Below are positions 24,829 to 33,334 of a DNA stretch of 64,000 nt, piece by piece. The DNA lies in the NCBI GenBank assembly GCA_016930155.1, contig JAFGHL010000093.1:38339-102338 (forward strand), given 5' to 3'. The notes under the pieces are model-generated. The model had not been told where the DNA came from. It made no database searches and saw nothing but the letters and a program-made list of their open reading frames with translations. Position 1 is the first letter of the stretch. The number at the start of each line of letters is the position of its first letter. The DNA is from Dehalococcoidia bacterium (GTDB lineage Bacteria > Chloroflexota > Dehalococcoidia > GIF9 > UBA5629). A program made the translations under genes and the position numbers.

Positions 24829-26076
24829 ATGAATGATACGGTAATCAGCCATTATAAGACCAGGTTAGAGGAGTACCAGCCGATCGTAGGCAGTAATATA
24901 ATCGATGAACTGAAGCTACTTGGTTCACACCTTGCCGGCAGGAAGGTACAAAACATCAATTCCACATTCTCCGGCGGCGGCGTGGCGGAGATACTGGCGC
25001 GTATCGTCCCGCTTCTGCAACAACTGGGCATCGATGCCACCTGGGATGTGATCCAGGGTGACGATGCATTTTTCAATGTTACCAAGAAATTCCACAACGC
25101 CCTGCACGGTAGGGATGAGAGCATCACCACGGACGACCTGGATATCTTCATGGAGACAAGTCGCAGGAACAACGAAAGCACGGCTTTAGATGCGGACATA
25201 TTCTATATCCATGATCCGCAACCCATCATGCTTATCGAGAGAAAAAAATCGCTGGGCGGCAAATGGATCTGGCGTTGTCATGTCGACGTTTCGCATCCGG
25301 ATAAAGTGGTGTGGAAATTCTTAAGAAAATATGTGGTTGGATACGATGCCACGGTATTCTCTTCCCCCGAATTTTCTCAGCAGTTGCCATCCCGGCAATA
25401 CATGATCTCCCCTTCCATCGATCCGCTGAGCGATAAAAACAGGGAGATATCGCAATCTGTAATTCAATCGGTACTGGACAAATACGGCCTGGACAACGGC
25501 AAGCCGATGGTGGTTCAAATATCCCGTTTTGATTATTTAAAAGACCCGCTGGGCGTTATACAGGCTTTCAGGATGGTCAGGAAAGGCATCGACTGCCAGT
25601 TGGTCCTGGCTGGAGGAACGGCCACCGACGATCCAGAGTCGACTCAGGTGCTGGAAGAAGTCAGGGAGAATGCCGGCAATGACCCGGATATCAAGATACT
25701 CCCCATCCCACCCGGCAGCGACCTTGAGATTAACGCTTTGCAGAGGGCCGCCACAGTGGTGTTTCAAAAATCGCTCAAAGAGGGCTTCGGCCTGACTATC
25801 AGCGAAGCGCTATGGAAAAGCAAGCCCGTGGTGGCGACCGCCGTGGGGGGAATACCGCAGCAGGTAAGAAACAAGGTAACAGGGCTTCTCTGCCATAGCG
25901 TCGACGGCGCGGCCTATGCTCTGAAGCAGTTGCTGAGCAATCCCGACTACGCCGCATGGCTGGGTAAAAACGGACATGAGCATGTGAAACAGAACTTCCT
26001 AATAACCCGGCATGTAAAAGAATACCTTCTTCTATTCTTAGCCGTGGATAATCCGTCAGAAATCATAAATCTGTAG
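24829..26076 (+). CDS. treT: Trehalose glycosyltransferring synthase TreT (GT4)
   Basis: INSTFSGGGVAEIL...FFNVTKKFHNALHG...HDPQP...WRCHVD...SPSIDPLSDKN...QISRFDYLKDP...SLKEGFGLTISEALWKSKPVV closely follows the archaeal TreT sequences I recall. Confidence 0.8.
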   Translation: MNDTVISHYKTRLEEYQPIVGSNIIDELKLLGSHLAGRKVQNINSTFSGGGVAEILARIVPLLQQLGIDATWDVIQGDDAFFNVTKKFHNALHGRDESITTDDLDIFMETSRRNNESTALDADIFYIHDPQPIMLIERKKSLGGKWIWRCHVDVSHPDKVVWKFLRKYVVGYDATVFSSPEFSQQLPSRQYMISPSIDPLSDKNREISQSVIQSVLDKYGLDNGKPMVVQISRFDYLKDPLGVIQAFRMVRKGIDCQLVLAGGTATDDPESTQVLEEVRENAGNDPDIKILPIPPGSDLEINALQRAATVVFQKSLKEGFGLTISEALWKSKPVVATAVGGIPQQVRNKVTGLLCHSVDGAAYALKQLLSNPDYAAWLGKNGHEHVKQNFLITRHVKEYLLLFLAVDNPSEIINL

Positions 26077-26210
26077 ATGTGCCGGCATAGCACAGCCAAA
26101 TATGACCAGCGATAGACGCCTCCGAGCGGAACTGGAATTATGGTCGATCCCATCGTCACGCAGTCTACAAACGTTATCCATTGACAACTCTGATATGCTT
26201 TTATAGCTGA

Positions 26211-26435
26211 GCGGAGGTTGTAGCCATAAACAACCCTGCCGAGCGAGAGGCGACTTACAAGTTTTTCGTGGAGCAGGCTTATGCCGTGGGCAAGGGCTTA
26301 AATATGGCATCGTATATGGAAATCGATGCAGTGATTGATCCCGCTGAGACACGCCGCTGGATAATGCGCAGCCTTAACTCGATTCAGGAAAAGACTCCTA
26401 AGAAATCCGCACGAACGTTTATCGACCCCTTGTAA
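26211..26435 (+). pseudogene. Orphan C-terminal fragment (74 aa) of an acyl-CoA carboxylase carboxyltransferase (PccB/MmdA-like)
   Basis: AEVVAINNPAEREATYKFFVEQAYAVGKGLNMASYMEIDAVIDPAETRRWIMRSLNSI...FIDPL* matches the conserved C-terminus (..iDxVIdPxeTR..). An in-frame TGA lies at 26208-26210, and I recognised no upstream carboxyltransferase sequence. Confidence 0.6.
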
Positions 26436-26439
26436 GCCT

Positions 26440-27633
26440 CTATTTAATCAGCCTGCGCGCCTCAGCCTCCACAGTCCTGTAAACATCTCTTAAAGGGACG
26501 CCCTTGCCGGCAGCTATCTTTTTGCATTCATCGTATTCAGGGGAGACACTGACAATTTCATCCTCGAAGCGTTTAACCTTTACCCTGACCTTGCCATAGC
26601 TCGATTCAAACTCGACGATATCGCGATCGGCGATGTGCCTGTACACAGGCCGGACCCTTATGCCCAGCGTTGACGTTTCGCGCATGATGGTTTCCGCCAG
26701 CTTCGACTCGGCATCAGCGGGGGAAAGCACGCTCATCATCACAGCCGGACGGTTCTTCTTCATCTGAATGTGTGTGAACCAGACATCCAGCGCGCCCTGC
26801 GCGAACAACCTCTCCATCACATAGTCGTAAATCTGCGGGTTCATATCGTCGATATTCGTCTCCAGCAGCACCATACTCTCATGACCGTTATGTTCAGACG
26901 ACTTCCCTATCCACAATCGCATGATATTGGGGTACTCATCTGCATTCATGCTGCCTGCGCCGTAGCCGACCTTTTCCAGGTTCAGCCCCGGCCGGCTAAA
27001 AGCAGCCAGCGTTGTTACGATTGCAGCGCCGGTGGGCGTCACCAGCTCCCTCCCCTGCATGGCAGCATGACAGGGTTTCACCACAGGCGCCTGCCTGCGG
27101 GCTATAAGTTCTATGGTAGCCGGCGCGGGCAAAGGCAGCGCGCCGTGGCGGCACTCGACCGAGCCTTCCGCCACAGGAAACGGCGACGCATAACTCCGAT
27201 TTATCCCCATTAGGCCCAACCCGATCACTGTTCCCACTATATCCACGATGGAATCCACCGATCCGATCTCGTGAAAGTGCACCAGCTCCAGCTTCGTCCC
27301 GTGGATTTTAGCCTCCACCTCTCCCATGTTACGAAAGATATCCAGCGCCTTTTTCTTTAATTCATCGCCCAGCCGGCTGCCTGCGATCAAATCCACTATA
27401 TCGCTGTAGGAGCGGTCGGGTTGCTTAACCCCTTCATCAAGTATGACCCTGGCCCATGTCGCTCTCAGGGCGCCTCTTTTGACCTTTTCAGCCGTGATCC
27501 TGTATCCCTCCAAAGGGAGCTTGGCCAGTTCTTTCTCAAGGTCCGCCCTGGGCAGCCCCGCATCCATCAATGCGCCCAGTATCATATCGCCGCTGCAGCC
27601 GGCGTAAAGGTCGAAATATGCTGTATTACCCAT
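26440..27633 (-). CDS. larC: Nickel-pincer cofactor biosynthesis protein LarC (nickel insertion; DUF111), uninterrupted
   Basis: N-terminus YFDLYAGCSGDMILGALMDAGL and HFHEIGSVDSIVDIVG. Confidence 0.9.
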   Translation of the reverse strand: MGNTAYFDLYAGCSGDMILGALMDAGLPRADLEKELAKLPLEGYRITAEKVKRGALRATWARVILDEGVKQPDRSYSDIVDLIAGSRLGDELKKKALDIFRNMGEVEAKIHGTKLELVHFHEIGSVDSIVDIVGTVIGLGLMGINRSYASPFPVAEGSVECRHGALPLPAPATIELIARRQAPVVKPCHAAMQGRELVTPTGAAIVTTLAAFSRPGLNLEKVGYGAGSMNADEYPNIMRLWIGKSSEHNGHESMVLLETNIDDMNPQIYDYVMERLFAQGALDVWFTHIQMKKNRPAVMMSVLSPADAESKLAETIMRETSTLGIRVRPVYRHIADRDIVEFESSYGKVRVKVKRFEDEIVSVSPEYDECKKIAAGKGVPLRDVYRTVEAEARRLIK

Positions 27634-27647
27634 TTGAATCCTTGCTT

Positions 27648-28481
27648 TCAGGCAGCCTGCCTGCTCATGCTTCCCATCTGGTAGCCTGTCAGATCGACGG
27701 TGATATGTTTGTAGCCGAGTTTCTTGAGAGCTTCGACGGCCGCCTGCCGGTTGTCCTTCTTTAACAGCGTAGCTAATCCTTTCTGATCGACCTCGATCCT
27801 GGCTATATTACGGTGGTGCCTCAGTCTGACATGCTCGATTCCCAGCCCTTTGATGAAGGCCTCTCCCGACGATACCTTACCTATCAGCTCGCGCGTGATG
27901 GGCATGCGATGGGGTATCCTGGTAGCAAGGCAGGCTATGGCCGGCTTCTTCCAGTTCGGCAGCCCCCTCTTTCTGGCCAGTGACCTGATCTCCTGCTTGG
28001 TCAGAAATGATTCCGCCAGCGGGCTGCGCACACCGAGCTCGGCTATGGCAACCAGGCCCGGACGAAAATCGCTGAGGTCATCGTAGTTGGTGCCATCGCA
28101 GACATATCTGATGTGCCTGGCGCGAGCCGTCTCATTCAAGATCCCAAGCATGTTCAACTTGCAATGGTAGCAACGGTCTTTGTTATTGACGGCAAAGTCC
28201 GGTATATCAAGCTGGTTGAACTCTACCACCATCAGCTTTAATCTGAGCCCGGACGCCAGCTTTTCAGCAGCATTGACCTCCCCGCCTTCCATCAGAGGCG
28301 ATTTGGCCAGCACGATCAGCACACTGCCTTTCAATATATCGGCGGCCGTTACAGCCAGGTACGTACTATCCACTCCCCCCGAATACGCTACAACAGCGGA
28401 ACCCATCCTGTCGATGATGCCCTCCAGATGGCCGACTTTGTCCGCGGTTTTGCTCTCAATATTCAATTTACGTGCTTTCAT
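27648..28481 (-). CDS. larE: LarE, an ATP-dependent sacrificial sulfur transferase (PP-loop ATPase)
   Basis: PP-loop VVAYSGGVDSTYL. The conserved Cys context in KKPAIACLATRIP. Confidence 0.85.
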   Translation of the reverse strand: MKARKLNIESKTADKVGHLEGIIDRMGSAVVAYSGGVDSTYLAVTAADILKGSVLIVLAKSPLMEGGEVNAAEKLASGLRLKLMVVEFNQLDIPDFAVNNKDRCYHCKLNMLGILNETARARHIRYVCDGTNYDDLSDFRPGLVAIAELGVRSPLAESFLTKQEIRSLARKRGLPNWKKPAIACLATRIPHRMPITRELIGKVSSGEAFIKGLGIEHVRLRHHRNIARIEVDQKGLATLLKKDNRQAAVEALKKLGYKHITVDLTGYQMGSMSRQAA

Positions 28482-29266
28482 CTATTGATCAGGCCGGCAA
28501 GATAGCCTGCATTGAATCCTCCATCGATATTGACCACGGCAATGCCCGGCGCGCAGCTGTTGAGCATGGTCAGCAACGGCGCAATGCCCTTGAAGCAGGC
28601 CCCGTAGCCGACGCTGGTGGGTACCGCTATGACGGGACAGGTCACCAGCCCGCCCAGCACTGCGGGAAGCACGCCATCCATACCGGCCACGGCGATGATC
28701 ACACTGGCGCTCCTGATCTGCTCCATATGATCGAAAAGACGGTGTATGCCGGCCACGCCTACATCGAAAATGCGCTCGACTTTATTGCCCATCATCTCGG
28801 CAGTGACTGCGGCCTCCTCGGCAACGGGTATATCCGCCGTACCTCCCGTTACAATCGTTATGCCCGGTTTGCCCGCCTTTTTCACCCTACTGTCTATGAT
28901 GACTGCGCGGGCGGCTGCGTTATATCTGGCGTCCGGCAAACTCTTCTTGACCGCCCTGAATGCATCGCCATCGACACGTGTAATCAACACCCTGCCCGAA
29001 TGCGCTGCCAGACTATTTGCAATGCTGACCAGTTGCTCACGGGTCTTGCCCGGCCCGAAGACTACCTCGGGAAAGCCCGTGCGCAGGCTGCGGTGGTGGT
29101 CGAGCTTGGCATGCATCATATCTTCGTAAGGCAGGACGCTTAGTTGACTGACTGCATCCTGCACAGACAACTCGCCAGACCTGACCTTCTTGAGCAAACC
29201 GGTCACCCATCGTTGACTAAACTTCTGTCCGCCCGACTTAGTCTCTTGATAATCGCCTTTTCTCAT
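28478..29266 (-). CDS. larB: LarB, a nicotinic acid adenine dinucleotide carboxylase/hydrolase (AIR-carboxylase-like)
   Basis: The C-terminal 262 aa of the 636-aa ORF. GITIVTGGTADIPVAEEA...IIAVAGMDGVLPAVLGGLV..PVIAVPTSVGYG. ATG at 29266-29264. Confidence 0.85.
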   Translation of the reverse strand: MRKGDYQETKSGGQKFSQRWVTGLLKKVRSGELSVQDAVSQLSVLPYEDMMHAKLDHHRSLRTGFPEVVFGPGKTREQLVSIANSLAAHSGRVLITRVDGDAFRAVKKSLPDARYNAAARAVIIDSRVKKAGKPGITIVTGGTADIPVAEEAAVTAEMMGNKVERIFDVGVAGIHRLFDHMEQIRSASVIIAVAGMDGVLPAVLGGLVTCPVIAVPTSVGYGACFKGIAPLLTMLNSCAPGIAVVNIDGGFNAGYLAGLINR

Positions 29267-29449
29267 CCATTTTCCCACGCAGAGCGTTATCGTAAGTATA
29301 ACGCAGCCAAAGATGCAGTACAATATGGACGCTGAAGCTGCGGTTAAACAATTTATACAAAAAGGTTGTTTTTTGTAACACCGTGGTTTAAAATGGTGGC
29401 GTCCGCCGCCTGCAAGGCCATCCGGCCAGGCGGATGAAGGGGGGTGAAA

Positions 29450-30793
29450 ATGAGCATACCTAAACTGAGCGACGAGAAGTATAAAGAAGTCATAGCTGCC
29501 TACGAGAAAAAGACCTCTAAATCCAAAAAACTGATCGAAGAATCCCGCAAATATATAGTACCCATGGGCGCACCCGCTTACATGATCTGGCACAGGCCCT
29601 ATCCTCTCTTTATCGACAACGCCAAAGGCTCCAGGCTGTACGACGTGGACGGCAATGAGTACATCGACATGTTCATAGACCAGGGCATTTCCTATATCGG
29701 ACATAAGGCGCCGGCCATCCGCAAGGCCATCGACAAGGCGCTGGATAAATACGGCTTCCACCTGGAGATGTGCGAGGAGCTTGCCACCAGGTGGGCGCAG
29801 AAGGTCATTCAGCATTATCCCTCCATCAAGAAGATCAAAATAGTCAACTCCGGCAACGAGGCCACCGAACTGGTCTGCCAGATCGCGAGGGCCTTCACCG
29901 GAAAAAACAAAATCATCAAATTCGCCGGACACCATCACGGCTGGAACGGCGTGCTGTCCTACGACGCGCTGGCGGCAGGATCGGGCACCCTTTTCACACT
30001 GGGCATACCCAACAACCACTGGGACAACCTGATCAACCTGCCGCCCAACGATATAGCTATCGTAGAGAAGGCTCTTCAGGATAACAAGGACGAGGTGGCG
30101 GCCGTCGTGCTGGAGCCGTTGGGCGCTTCCTCCGGGGCCAAGCCGCTCAACGAAGGTTTCCAGAAGCAATTGCGCGATCTCACGACAAAGTACAACGTGC
30201 TGCTGGCTTTCGACGAGGTGGCCACGAGCTTCAGAGTGGCCATCGGCGGCGCGCAGCAGGTGCTGGGTGTAACTCCGGACCTTACCTGCCTGGGCAAGCC
30301 GATCGGCGGCGGCCTTCCCATCGGAGCGGTGGGCGGGCGCGAGGACGTGATGTCGGTGGTGGGCGCGCTGGACCCCAGGGCCGAGCATTTCGGGCCGCTC
30401 TTCCCCATGGGCTCATTCTGCGCTCACCCGCTGGCCATGGCGGCCGGTATCGCCTTCATCGAGGAGCTCGAGAAAGGCAATTATATACAGAACTCCATCG
30501 ATCGAGCCGCCGACCTGGCCAGGCTGATCAACGAGGTAGCCGCCGGGCTCAAGATGGATGTCTCTGCCCATGCCATCTACAGTATCGTGCACTTCGGCCT
30601 TAACGGAAAGTTCGATATGAGCCAGGTATTGGAGGTCTACGAGTTCGACCTGATGATACGGCTGGCCCTGCTGCTGGGCGATCCGGGCCTGGTGGTGCTG
30701 CCCGGCCATGTTTATATGTCGGGCGTTATGACCGAGAAGGACATACAGAAAAGCCGTCAGGCTTTCGAGACGGCTTTCAGTATCTACAAATAG
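29450..30793 (+). CDS. Class III aminotransferase, a paralog of glutamate-1-semialdehyde aminomutase (HemL-like)
   Basis: IKFAGHHHGW and FDEVATSFRVAIGGAQ...DLTCLGKPIGGGLPIGAVGG, with the PLP lysine in LGK. Parallels the HemL encoded at 46014-47306. GTG at 29444 is an alternative start. Confidence 0.8.
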   Translation: MSIPKLSDEKYKEVIAAYEKKTSKSKKLIEESRKYIVPMGAPAYMIWHRPYPLFIDNAKGSRLYDVDGNEYIDMFIDQGISYIGHKAPAIRKAIDKALDKYGFHLEMCEELATRWAQKVIQHYPSIKKIKIVNSGNEATELVCQIARAFTGKNKIIKFAGHHHGWNGVLSYDALAAGSGTLFTLGIPNNHWDNLINLPPNDIAIVEKALQDNKDEVAAVVLEPLGASSGAKPLNEGFQKQLRDLTTKYNVLLAFDEVATSFRVAIGGAQQVLGVTPDLTCLGKPIGGGLPIGAVGGREDVMSVVGALDPRAEHFGPLFPMGSFCAHPLAMAAGIAFIEELEKGNYIQNSIDRAADLARLINEVAAGLKMDVSAHAIYSIVHFGLNGKFDMSQVLEVYEFDLMIRLALLLGDPGLVVLPGHVYMSGVMTEKDIQKSRQAFETAFSIYK

Positions 30794-30822
30794 TGACTAT
30801 AGAGACGTATTTTATCAGTCTG

Positions 30823-30850
30823 TTGACAGGGGTAACGGAAATTGTATAAT
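30823..30850 (+). promoter_or_regulatory. Promoter TTGACA-16 nt-TATAAT upstream of the APC permease gene
   Basis: Consensus hexamers read directly at 30823-30828 and 30845-30850. Confidence 0.55.
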
Positions 30851-30907
30851 GCCTTACCAGCTTTCATCCTAGGCTTATACAAATAAAACTGTTAGGAGAA
30901 GATAGGG

Positions 30908-32332
30908 ATGACAGAAGAAACACCGCAAGGTCAAGGCATACTCAGAAAAGAACTCACACTGGTGCTGCTGATCTTTCTCATGATCGGCCTCAACATAGGC
31001 GGCTCCCTGTTCACACTGACCAATGTCGCCGCGGGCCTGACCGGCCCATCGCTCATCATCGCGCAGATCATCTGCGCCATACCCGTTTTCCTGGCCATCA
31101 TACCCTACATGCTGCTGACCTCCATCGCGCCCAAGTCGGCGGCCAGCTACCAGTACGGCAAGCTCGCCTCCTATCCCATGGCAGTGGCGGGCGTGATCGT
31201 GCTGCTGGTGGCCATGCCGCTGGGCGGCCTGCCCCTGTTCGCCATCACCAACGGCCGCTTCATCATGATGCTGTTCCCGGATGCGCCCGCCATGGTGCCC
31301 GGCCTGGGCATATCGTGGGTGGTGCTGATCGCCATTATCACCATCACCATTTTTTACATCATCAACGTCGTGGGCATCAAGCCCTCTGCCTGGGTGCAGT
31401 TCGCCATGGTGTTCCTCCTGATCTCCGCCCTGCTGGCGTTCATTTTCGGAGGATTCCCCCAGATAGAATGGTCCAATTTTTCGAATATGTTCACGGGCAA
31501 CCTGAAATTCCCCGCTATGTCCCCCGTGCTGGGGCAGACGGTCGGCGTGATAGCGGCGGCGGCCATATGCTATACGCTGCTGGCCGGCGGTCTGTTCGGC
31601 ATCGAGCTGGGCGACGAGGTTAAAAAGGCCGGCGTCACCATACCGCGAGGATTGCTCATCGCCATCATCGGCGCTTTCGCCCTGACCTGGCTGGTCGAGA
31701 TTGTCGCCATCGGCGTCATGAACTGGGAACAGCTTGCCGCATCCAAGGACCTGGGCGCCGCGTGCAAACTGATCTTCGGCGCCAATTCGTTCTGGTTCTA
31801 TTACTTCATCATCGGCGGCGCCGTGATGGCCTGTATCTCCACCGTGCATGCTGTAATGACTATCGCCGGACGCTACGTCATGGCCTACGCCAATGACGGC
31901 TTCTTCCCCAGGTTCTTGGCCGATATCAACAAGCGCTGGGGCACGCCCCACTGGGGACTCACGCTGCCCTGGGCGCTGTGCGTGATCATGCTCTTGCTGG
32001 CCGGCGAAAGCCTCGGCATCTACGGGGCCATGCTCAACTTCGGCATGCTGTGGATGGTCACACTGGTATTGATCGCGGCTGCCCGGCTGCACAAGACGCA
32101 TCCCGAGGAGTTCAAGCTGTCGCAATTCAAGTTTAAACCGGGCCTGGTCTCCTTCGCTGCCATCACCGCCGCAGTTCTTAATATAATATTCATGCTGCTG
32201 CTGGTGGTCTTCCTGCTGATGCAGAAGGTCACCTGGCCGATCATACTGTTCGTTATCGCCATCATCGTCGGGCTGGGACTCTACTATATCCAGAAAGCGA
32301 GAAAGAAGGTCAAGCCGGCGACGCTTTTATAA
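30908..32332 (+). CDS. APC-superfamily amino acid/polyamine permease
   Basis: 474 aa, about 12 TM segments, and an N-terminal pattern typical of the APC family (LRKELTLVLLIFLMIGLNIGGSLF). Confidence 0.8.
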   Translation: MTEETPQGQGILRKELTLVLLIFLMIGLNIGGSLFTLTNVAAGLTGPSLIIAQIICAIPVFLAIIPYMLLTSIAPKSAASYQYGKLASYPMAVAGVIVLLVAMPLGGLPLFAITNGRFIMMLFPDAPAMVPGLGISWVVLIAIITITIFYIINVVGIKPSAWVQFAMVFLLISALLAFIFGGFPQIEWSNFSNMFTGNLKFPAMSPVLGQTVGVIAAAAICYTLLAGGLFGIELGDEVKKAGVTIPRGLLIAIIGAFALTWLVEIVAIGVMNWEQLAASKDLGAACKLIFGANSFWFYYFIIGGAVMACISTVHAVMTIAGRYVMAYANDGFFPRFLADINKRWGTPHWGLTLPWALCVIMLLLAGESLGIYGAMLNFGMLWMVTLVLIAAARLHKTHPEEFKLSQFKFKPGLVSFAAITAAVLNIIFMLLLVVFLLMQKVTWPIILFVIAIIVGLGLYYIQKARKKVKPATLL

Positions 32333-32362
32333 TCCGGTTTGAAATGGAGCAGCCAGGAAAAA

Positions 32363-33334
32363 ATGCCCGGAACTAAACGTATTGCCGTCATCGGGGCGGG
32401 CGTAATGGGCCCGGGTATCGCCATATCTTTCTCCCGCCACGGTTTCCCCGTTGCGCTGGCCGACATAGATCCCGCGGCCCTTGAGCGCGCAGAAACGAGC
32501 ATCCATTCAATGGCCTGTTTGTTCAATAGCAGTCCTGCTGCGGATAAAGACGGCGGTAAAGATATCGCGGCCGGGATAAGCCTGACTACATCGATAGAGG
32601 AGGCCACCACCAAAGCCGACTTTATCCTTGAGGCTGTCAAGGAGGAGCTGTCCGTTAAAAGCCGCGTGTTCGCCGAACTGGAGAAGGTCTGCCCGCCGCA
32701 CGCCATTCTGGCCAGTAACTCCTCGACGCTCTCCATCGATAGCATAGCGGAAAAGGTCTCTCATAAGGAGCGGACTATCCTGACACACTTTGTCAACCCG
32801 CCCGAGGTCATGCCCGTCGTGGAGGTGGCGCGCGGCAGCGCTACTTCGAATAAAACATACGCGGATACCGTAAACCTGATAAAGTTAATCGGCAAGAATG
32901 CTATTATCTGCGACAAGGTGGTACCCGGCTATCTGGTCAACTCGTTCAACATGGCCATCATGGCTGCAGCGCTCGATTTTCTGGGGAACGGGGTGGCCAC
33001 ACTGGAGGAGATCGATTTCGCCTTTACCCGCGGCCTGGGCCCGCGCCTGTCTATAATGGGACCTTTCAAGACCATGGACCTGATCGGCCTGGACCTGATC
33101 TGGCAGGCCGTTCTCAGCTTTGATCCCAACGCCCACAGCGATCCGCGCGCAGCACGCCTCCGCGAACTGGTGCAGGCAGGCCATTTCGGCATGAAAACGG
33201 GCAGGGGATTCTACGATTACGGCGGGCGCAGCCGTGACGAAGTAATGCAGGAGATCGATCGTCAACTTTTAGAGATCGTGACAAACCGTCCCGCCGGGAC
33301 GAAAGGAGGTACTCACACCCATGGGATTCAATAA
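32363..33334 (+). CDS. 3-hydroxyacyl-CoA dehydrogenase-family NAD-dependent dehydrogenase
   Basis: RIAVIGAGVMGPGIA Rossmann motif, SNSSTLSI, HFVNPP and the C-terminal GMKTGRGFYDY. TTG at 32339 is an alternative start. Confidence 0.8.
   Translation: MPGTKRIAVIGAGVMGPGIAISFSRHGFPVALADIDPAALERAETSIHSMACLFNSSPAADKDGGKDIAAGISLTTSIEEATTKADFILEAVKEELSVKSRVFAELEKVCPPHAILASNSSTLSIDSIAEKVSHKERTILTHFVNPPEVMPVVEVARGSATSNKTYADTVNLIKLIGKNAIICDKVVPGYLVNSFNMAIMAAALDFLGNGVATLEEIDFAFTRGLGPRLSIMGPFKTMDLIGLDLIWQAVLSFDPNAHSDPRAARLRELVQAGHFGMKTGRGFYDYGGRSRDEVMQEIDRQLLEIVTNRPAGTKGGTHTHGIQ

Noticed and set aside
28472-29143. A 223-aa plus-strand ORF.
   Set aside because: It is antisense to larB and has no recognisable domain.
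29267-30388. The N-terminal ~370 aa of the 636-aa minus-strand ORF listed at 28478-30388.
   Set aside because: Only the last 262 aa (from ATG 29266) look like LarB. The remainder is low-complexity, H/R/G-rich read-through antisense to the well-supported aminotransferase gene in a GC-rich region.
30875-32125. A 416-aa minus-strand ORF.
   Set aside because: It is antisense to the APC permease gene. The translation is D/G/H/Q-rich low complexity with no recognisable motif, which is the typical shadow ORF of a GC-rich gene.
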